24,000 nt of DNA from an uncultured Acidobacteriota bacterium. Its GTDB lineage: Bacteria > Acidobacteriota > Terriglobia > Acidiferrales > UBA7541. A model generated the notes under the pieces. The model made no database searches. It had not been told where the DNA came from and saw only the letters and a program-made list of their open reading frames with translations. Position numbers and translations under genes: made by a program. Shown here piece after piece: positions 8,759-13,740 of the stretch. The stretch spans positions 1,750,979 to 1,774,978 of the forward strand of contig CAVSNW010000003.1 in assembly GCA_963729595.1 (NCBI GenBank), in the 5' to 3' direction. Numbering within the stretch: position 1 is the stretch's first letter; each line of letters starts with the position of its first letter.

Positions 8759-9343
8759 ATGGGGACAAGCAGGCTCGAGGCATTCAGTGACGGAGTGATC
8801 GCGGTCATCATCACGATCATGGTGCTGGAATTGAAGGTGCCGCAGGAGACCACCCTCGGTGCGTTGAGGCCGTTGTGCATAACGCTGTCCAGCTACGTCC
8901 TGAGTTTCTTGTACGTGGGGATCTACTGGAACAACCATCACCACATGTTGCACACGTGCGAGAAGGTGACGGGCAGGATTCTTTGGGCGAACCTGCACTT
9001 GTTGTTCTGGTTGTCGTTGATTCCGTTTGCGACGGCATGGATGGGAGAGAAGTTTTCGGCGGCGGCGCCGGCCGCTTTGTACGGCGCGGTGCTGTTCCTC
9101 GCGGCGATTGCCTACGTGATTTTGCAGCAGCAGATTATCGCCTCGCAGCCGGAGAGCTCGCTGCTGAAAAAGGCGGTCGGAAAGGATTGGAAGGGGAAGG
9201 TTTCGTTGGCGCTTTATGTTATTGGGATTTCGGCCGCTTTTCGGGCAGCCTGGATTTCGCAGATGTTGTATGCATTGACGGCGCTGATCTGGCTGGTGCC
9301 CGATCGAAGAATTGAGAGGGTCATCGAAGGAAGCGAAGGGTGA
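8759..9343 (+). CDS. TMEM175 / DUF1211 family membrane protein (putative K+ channel)
   Basis: The N-terminal signature RLEAFSDGVIAVIITIMVLEL is followed by further TM helices (YVGIYWNNHHHMLH, LHLLFWLSLIPFATAWM). The start is either the ATG at 8759 or the in-frame GTG at 8726, which overlaps the upstream stop as GTGA. Confidence 0.85.
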   Translation: MGTSRLEAFSDGVIAVIITIMVLELKVPQETTLGALRPLCITLSSYVLSFLYVGIYWNNHHHMLHTCEKVTGRILWANLHLLFWLSLIPFATAWMGEKFSAAAPAALYGAVLFLAAIAYVILQQQIIASQPESSLLKKAVGKDWKGKVSLALYVIGISAAFRAAWISQMLYALTALIWLVPDRRIERVIEGSEG

Positions 9344-9473
9344 GATTGAGATCTGCAAGCGAGGCCTTCCTCGCACGAATCGAGCGCGAGTGACGTCGCG
9401 GAATGCTAAGTACTTTCGAATTAACAAGTAACGCGAAAAAGCCTGGTATTTTGCAGATTTGTAGAAATTGTGC

Positions 9474-9502
9474 TTGACAGAAAAACGAATTGGCTTTACT
9501 TT
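9474..9502 (+). promoter_or_regulatory. Sigma-70-like promoter candidate facing the structured RNA array
   Basis: TTGACA (9474-9479), a 17-nt spacer and TACTTT (9497-9502). It lies in an AT-rich stretch after the TMEM175-like gene and its GCGAGG/CCTCGC hairpin (9359-9374). Confidence 0.35.
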
Positions 9503-9704
9503 GCGGTTACCTCAGTTGTACGCCTGCCTTGCGGCGGGTCCTCACTGAGCGTGGAAAGCAAACGATGAGACATAAACAACTTAGCCAAGCTGGACGCATG
9601 AAAAGGCTGCAGGGTCTCGTCGATTGCTTGACCGCGCGACCATAACAGAATCAGCCTAAGTCATTTCGATCCAGAACCATGCGTTACGGAAATAGGTGTT
9701 TGTA

Positions 9705-9802
9705 TTTTCCGGGATGGTGAAGTTCACAGTTACTTCTGGTAAGGCCGAAAGGTCTCGGGTTCGAAGCCCGAAAGACTGTGAGCGGTTGTTCCTCCCGGAA
9801 AA
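9705..9802 (+). ncRNA. Y-RNA-like structured RNA, module A (bulged basal helix plus compact tRNA-elbow mimic)
   Basis: Basal helix: 9705-9714 TTTTCCGGGA pairs with 9793-9802 TCCCGGAAAA, T9715 is bulged, and GG 9716-9717 pairs with CC 9791-9792. Second helix: TCACAGT 9724-9730 with ACTGTGA 9775-9781. Then TA, and CTT 9733-9735 with AAG 9772-9774. A CTGGTAA linker follows. A GAAA-capped hairpin (GGCC/GGTC) spans 9743-9754. A canonical T arm, TCGGG-TTCGAAG-CCCGA, spans 9755-9771. Confidence 0.45.
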
Positions 9803-9949
9803 GATTCACGTTGTGATGGATTGACTTGGTCGGGGCGTTTGGGGCGCGCCCTTTGAAGCTCAGAGTAAAGGAGCCCCGCCCGTACAAGAGAGGGCTGGTG
9901 TGTGCGTGCTGAAGGTGTGAGTGCAAGCGCGATTTTGCTGAAAAGTTTT

Positions 9950-10076
9950 CGGCGTGGCGAAGGCGCAAGTTACATCGGATCCATGGGTCGCAGGTTCAAT
10001 TCCTGCCGGTGGCGAAAGCAGCCGTAGCTCAGTGGTAGAGCAATGGGCAAAAAACTCGTGCCGGATGTTCCCGCCG
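9950..10076 (+). ncRNA. yrlA: YrlA-like Y RNA candidate, module C: circularly permuted tRNA mimic on a bulged basal helix
   Basis: Basal helix: CGGCG 9950-9954 with CGCCG 10072-10076, T9955 bulged, GG 9956-9957 with CC 10070-10071. Middle helix: ACATCGG 9972-9978 with CCGGATGT 10061-10068, with one bulged G. tRNA-like core, in order: TCCAT 9980-9984 (anticodon-stem 3' strand analog), 5-nt variable GGGTC, T arm GCAGG-TTCAATT-CCTGC 9990-10006, acceptor-like CGGTGGC-GAAA-GCAGCCG 10007-10024, TA, D arm GCTC-AGTGGTA-GAGC 10027-10041, A, ATGGG 10043-10047. Confidence 0.7.
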
Positions 10077-10117
10077 CAGAGCTTGAAGCACGGCCAGGAA
10101 TGGCTTGCTACCGAGAT

Positions 10118-10202
10118 GCCGGGATGGTGGGGAGTGGAGTTACTTCGTCTTGACACGATGCGGGGCGGATGTCCCGTGCCTCTGCTCGAAGTTCCTCCCG
10201 GC
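10118..10202 (+). ncRNA. Y-RNA-like structured RNA, module B (long imperfect hairpin, no tRNA-like domain)
   Basis: Basal helix: GCCGGGA 10118-10124 with TCCCGGC 10196-10202, T10125 bulged, GG 10126-10127 with CC 10194-10195. An internal loop follows (TGGG versus GAAGTT). Then GAGTGGAG 10132-10139 pairs with CTCTGCTC 10180-10187 (8 bp, two G-U). The apical region holds CGGGG/TCCCG-type pairing. Module B shares CCGGGATGGTG and GTTCCTCCCGG exactly with module A. Confidence 0.45.
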
Positions 10203-10308
10203 TTGATCTTATCGGGCGGATTGGGGGAAGCCGCAAGTCTCCGCAGACTTCGCTTGGCGCTACAGGATGCGCGCGAATTTAGGGCGACTTGGAAAGGAGG
10301 GTCACAGT

Positions 10309-10569
10309 ATGGATGAAGAACTATCACTGGAAGGTCCGGTGTTGAGGATCAATGGAGAATGGATGCTTTTGATTCCTCTCGAAGCTGGAGGTGCTGAATT
10401 GGTGGAGTGCTCTCGCGGCGTTTCGGAAGTGCAAGGAGAGTTTCTCAAGATCGTCATTCCGGAGTGGCTCGCGGGCGTGCTCCGAATTGAAGAAGGAGAT
10501 TTGGTGCGCGTTCAGGAGTCAAACGGGACACTCAACATTCAACCGCGCGAGGCGAGGCCTGTGAACTGA
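10309..10569 (+). CDS. Small AbrB/SpoVT-like (swapped-hairpin) domain protein, 86 aa
   Basis: A strong SD, GGAAAGGAGGG (10291-10301), lies 7 nt before the ATG at 10309. The C-terminal half FLKIVIPEWLAGVLRIEEGDLVRVQESNGTLNIQP fits the AbrB/MazE/SpoVT pattern (v-IP-...-l-i-eGD-v-v-...-g-l-i-P). The N-terminal half (VLRINGEWMLLIPLEAGG) may be a second degenerate half-domain. Confidence 0.6.
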   Translation: MDEELSLEGPVLRINGEWMLLIPLEAGGAELVECSRGVSEVQGEFLKIVIPEWLAGVLRIEEGDLVRVQESNGTLNIQPREARPVN

Positions 10570-10624
10570 GTGAATCAGTGCTTGGTTGAGTCTAGTGCTC
10601 CGTAACTACAACGCCGCCAGGAAT

Positions 10625-10730
10625 GAGTCTGGGTGGCAACTCGAACGACGGGCCCGGTCAGCCAAAGCCGGAACGAAATGAGCCTTTGCGGCACGGCGGA
10701 AACCGTACCCGCTCGTCGCCACGCAGACTC
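10625..10730 (+). other. Structured leader or RNA element between the AbrB-like ORF and rsr
   Basis: GAGTCTG 10625-10631 pairs with CAGACTC 10724-10730, and GTGGC 10633-10637 pairs with GCCAC 10718-10722, across a G-G mismatch. These helices enclose about 80 nt that contain local hairpins (CCGG...CCGG, ACGG-CGGAAA-CCGT). The element is flanked by CAGGAATG direct repeats. Confidence 0.3.
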
Positions 10731-10813
10731 AGGAATGGCTTTGGCACGAAGAGAGATCTTGTGGCGCTGAGGAGTGCGGTCGGGCTCGGATGCGCAGAAA
10801 GGAGGAGTGGAAG

Positions 10814-12145
10814 ATGGCGAAGATGAATGTTTGGAAGCAGATGTTTGCGGTGCGGACGCACGAGGGAGCGGTGGCGCAGCGCGTCGATGCCAAACGCGAG
10901 CTTCGGCGCAGCGTGCTGACGTGTTTGCTGTGGGAAGACACGTTTTACGAGAAGGGCAGCGAGATCGCGAAGCGGATCGCGGGACTTGCCGCCGAAAGCA
11001 AGCCGGAGGATGTGGCGGCTCTTGCTTGCGAGGCGCGCGATGCGATGCAGCTTCGTCACGCGCCGCTCTTCCTGGTGCGCGAACTGGCGCGGCGCAAAGG
11101 CTCGGGTTCACTCGTAGCGGAATCGCTGGAGCGGGTAATCCAGCGAGCCGACGAATTGGGTGAGTTCGTGGCGCTGTACTGGAAAGAGAAGAAGCAGCCG
11201 CTGTCGGCAGGGGCGAAGCGCGGGCTGGCGCGGGCGTTCACGAAGTTCGACGCCTACCAGCTGGCGAAGTACGACCGCGAAGCCGTGGTGACGCTCCGCG
11301 ACGTGCTGTTCCTGTGCCACGCCAAACCGAAGGATGCCGAGCAAGCGGCCGTTTGGAAGAAACTCGTCGAGAACACGCTCGAATCTCCCGATACGTGGGA
11401 GGTTGCGTTGTCCGCAGGGAAAGACAAGCGCGAGAATTTCGAACGGTTGCTGCGGGAAGGCAAGCTCGGTGGCATGGCTGTGCTCCGCAACCTGCGCTTG
11501 ATGCTGGCTGCAGGCGTCGAGCCGTCGCTCATTCGTGAACGCCTCGAGAAAGGCGTGGGGCGCGCGCTGCCGTTCCGGTTTGTGACGGCGGCGCGGCACG
11601 CGCCGAAGGTGGAGGACGCGATCGAGGAGGCCATGCTCAAGGGAATCGTCGGACTTGGCGGACTTGCAGGTTCGACTGGACTGATTGTGGACGTGTCCGG
11701 GTCGATGGACGGCAAGTTGTCCAAGAAGGGCGAGACCACGCGCATGGATGCTGCGGCAGGGCTGGCGATCTTGCTGCGTGAGAGGGCCGAAGGGTTTTGC
11801 ATCGCGACCTTCTCCGACGCATGCGTCGAACTGCCTGCGCGGCGTGGCTTCGCGCTTCGCGACGTGATCGTGGGATCACAAGCGCACTCGGGGACGTACC
11901 TCAAGCGCGCGCTGGAGAAGCTCCACGAGAAGCGAGAATGGCGCGAGCTTTCGCGAATCATCGTGATCACCGACGAGCAATCGCACGACGGAATCCTGGA
12001 TGCGTGGACGCCGAAGGCGTACGTCGTCAACGTGGCCCCGTATCAGTACGGCATCAGCTACGGTCGAGGATGGACGCACGTGGACGGTTGGTCGGAACGG
12101 ATCGTGGATTACATTGCGGCGGTGGAGGAAGAGACCGCGGCGTAA
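10814..12145 (+). CDS. rsr: TROVE domain + vWA domain protein, Ro60 ortholog (Rsr-like)
   Basis: The SD AAAGGAGGAG at 10798-10807 favours the ATG at 10814 over the track start at 10790. The N-terminal TROVE-type block is RTHEGAVAQRVDAKRELRRSVLTCLLWEDTFYEKG, followed by a helical-repeat body. The C-terminal vWA domain has the MIDAS motif DVSGSM (nt 11690-11707) and a later ITDEQSHD block. Confidence 0.88.
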   Translation: MAKMNVWKQMFAVRTHEGAVAQRVDAKRELRRSVLTCLLWEDTFYEKGSEIAKRIAGLAAESKPEDVAALACEARDAMQLRHAPLFLVRELARRKGSGSLVAESLERVIQRADELGEFVALYWKEKKQPLSAGAKRGLARAFTKFDAYQLAKYDREAVVTLRDVLFLCHAKPKDAEQAAVWKKLVENTLESPDTWEVALSAGKDKRENFERLLREGKLGGMAVLRNLRLMLAAGVEPSLIRERLEKGVGRALPFRFVTAARHAPKVEDAIEEAMLKGIVGLGGLAGSTGLIVDVSGSMDGKLSKKGETTRMDAAAGLAILLRERAEGFCIATFSDACVELPARRGFALRDVIVGSQAHSGTYLKRALEKLHEKREWRELSRIIVITDEQSHDGILDAWTPKAYVVNVAPYQYGISYGRGWTHVDGWSERIVDYIAAVEEETAA

Positions 12146-13455
12146 TTCGTTAACAAAAGCGATTTGCCGGCGCGGCGGAAAGATTCGTCGCGCCGCTTTC
12201 TTTGGGGCGTTGTGCACTGGAAGAGAATCCACAGGGCTGCCCAGACCTCGCCCCGCGCTACAAGAGGCTCGCAGCGCGGGAGGTGGCGGAGGTGTAACAG
12301 TCCGGAATGAGGGTTTCGACGGAGCCGAAGCAGGCGGCAGCGAGGGCGGGCCAAATCAGCGCGTTCGTAGGCGAGAAGAATGTTGTAGATGTTGCGCAAT
12401 TGGTTCGGGCCGCCACAGAGGGCGGTGCGGATCTGCGGGGAAACAGGGAGGTTAGAAAGGACCTCCTCGATTGGCCGGTCGAGGATGGCGTCGGTGACGG
12501 AGAGAAGGCCCATCAGGAAGAGGTCAGAGGCCTGAGAAGAGATGCCGGCATGGTTGGCCATGGCTTCGCAGAAAAAGGCCCGGGTCAGAGCGGTACGAAT
12601 GAGCTCAGGCGGTTTGTCGCTGGCCATGGCGACGACGGCGAGGATGGAAATCCAGCGGCGAAACTCGTTATCACCGAGCAAGGAAATGGCCTCGCGAACA
12701 TCGTGAATTTCTCCGCGAAGGCCGAGCAGCGGGGAGTTTAGGTACCGGAGGAGCTTGTAAACAAGAGAAGGGTCGCTCTTCAGCAGGTCTTCGACAACTT
12801 CGTGGGAAAAGGCTGCGGGGGAAACCGCGGCGAGGAGCCGCAGATAGTGAAGTTTGTTTCCAGGAATTTCGCGGGCGTTGAGCATGGCGGGCTTGCAAAA
12901 GAAATAACCCTGGAAAAAGGTGTAGCCGAGGGAGCGGGCTTCGTTGAGCTCAGCTTGGGTTTCGACTTTTTCGGCCAGGAGTTGCATACCGTCACCTTTG
13001 TGGCGGCGGCTGACGGTCGCGCGGGTGTCAGAATCGGCAGCGCGAAAGTCGACTTTAAGAAATTTTGCGACCGGGAGTAAGAGATCCCACTTGGGGTGGC
13101 CGATGTAATCGTCCAGCGCGAGAGTGTAGCCGGCGTCGCGGAGATCAGTGCAAAGCTGGACGACCTCCGGAGTGGGGACGATGTTTTCGAGAATTTCGAG
13201 AATGACGCGATCGGGAGGAAGGAAGCGCGCGGCGCCGCGCTGGAGAGCGGAGAGATCGACATTGATGAAGGCTTTCGCGCTGCCGGTGAGAGTCTGGAGA
13301 TCGAACAGCATGGTGGAATCAACGATGACGCTACTAGAGGCTTCCTTTTGGGGGCGAAAAATGTTGTCCGGACCGGCACGGAACAAGAGTTCGTAGGCGA
13401 AGAGCTTGAGTTTTTCGTCGAAGATTGGCTGACGAGCGATGAACTTTTCGTACAT
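12109..13455 (-). CDS. EAL domain + HDOD domain signalling protein; the C-terminal ~80 codons are probably out of frame (see findings)
   Basis: The start is taken at the ATG at 13455 (MYEKFIARQPIFD), not the upstream TTG of the track ORF. EAL-domain blocks: YELLFR, VILEILEN, LALDDYIG, FLKVDF, LLAEKVETQAE, FFQGYFFCKP. HDOD block: LLKSDPSLVYKLLRYLNSPLLGLRGEIHDVREAISLLG. The Arg-rich tail after ...LAYERAD runs through the rsr terminator and 37 nt into rsr. Confidence 0.8.
   Translation of the reverse strand: MYEKFIARQPIFDEKLKLFAYELLFRAGPDNIFRPQKEASSSVIVDSTMLFDLQTLTGSAKAFINVDLSALQRGAARFLPPDRVILEILENIVPTPEVVQLCTDLRDAGYTLALDDYIGHPKWDLLLPVAKFLKVDFRAADSDTRATVSRRHKGDGMQLLAEKVETQAELNEARSLGYTFFQGYFFCKPAMLNAREIPGNKLHYLRLLAAVSPAAFSHEVVEDLLKSDPSLVYKLLRYLNSPLLGLRGEIHDVREAISLLGDNEFRRWISILAVVAMASDKPPELIRTALTRAFFCEAMANHAGISSQASDLFLMGLLSVTDAILDRPIEEVLSNLPVSPQIRTALCGGPNQLRNIYNILLAYERADLARPRCRLLRLRRNPHSGLLHLRHLPRCEPLVARGEVWAALWILFQCTTPQRKRRDESFRRAGKSLLLTNYAAVSSSTAAM
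12169..12203. terminator. Intrinsic terminator candidate downstream of rsr (possibly bidirectional)
   Basis: GGCGCGG 12169-12175 pairs with CCGCGCC 12189-12195, and CGGA 12176-12179 pairs with TTCG 12184-12187 with T12188 bulged. The loop is AAGA. The stem is followed by C-TTTCTTT (12196-12203). On the minus strand the same stem is followed within about 10 nt by TTTTGTT. Confidence 0.5.
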
Positions 13456-13576
13456 GTCTGCTCGCTCTGCGCGGACTCTAGCCAACAGGCAGTTCCTCAG
13501 GGGCTGAAGCCCAGGGAACCAGACCTGCCCATGTCGGACCTAAAGTCCGACCCCCCAAGAGAAATGCACGAGAGGA

Positions 13577-13650
13577 ATACCCAAGGGAAGCGACGCCCAA
13601 GGGAACATACCCAAGGGACGATACCCGAGAAGAGATTCCCAATCGAAAAG
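13577..13650. repeat. Five degenerate tandem 14-16 bp repeats (ATACCCAAGGGA-type)
   Basis: The units are ATACCCAAGGGAAGCG (13577-13592), ACGCCCAAGGGAAC (13593-13606), ATACCCAAGGGACG (13607-13620), ATACCCGAGAAGAG (13621-13634) and ATTCCCAATCGAAAAG (13635-13650). They lie 120-195 bp upstream of the EAL-HDOD start. Confidence 0.55.
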
Positions 13651-13740
13651 CCACGAGAGAAACATCATAGTGACGCGTTCGGGAGGAGAACGTGCGCGAA
13701 GGGGATACTACTCTGCGATTGCTACTACTGGTGGAGCAAT

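Noticed and set aside
8300-9427. 375-aa minus-strand ORF covering the small membrane protein and the TMEM175-like gene.
   Set aside because: It is antisense to two plus-strand genes with good RBSs and membrane or family signatures. Its [11 protein letters not shown] is Arg/Pro/His/Gln-rich and includes repeat-derived text (VIPSEARGLL).
9565-9645. 26-codon ORF with an upstream GGAAAG, considered as a real micro-protein gene.
   Set aside because: It is too short to evaluate from sequence alone and has no recognisable motif. It is kept only as a note within the unassigned leader finding.
9985-10047. Possible canonical tRNA gene, given the perfect T arm and D arm.
   Set aside because: The arms are in permuted order, with the T arm before the D arm. 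The acceptor helix is sealed by a GAAA tetraloop, with no free 5' or 3' end and no CCA. There is no anticodon arm. It was therefore called as a tRNA-like domain of a Y RNA instead.
9950-10076. Two-piece (circularly permuted) tmRNA gene.
   Set aside because: Permuted tmRNA genes also place the T arm and acceptor 3' strand first. However, they have a CCA-ending acceptor piece, a reduced D region, pseudoknots and a tag reading frame. Here the D arm is fully canonical, the acceptor is capped, and no tag ORF or pseudoknot series is evident.
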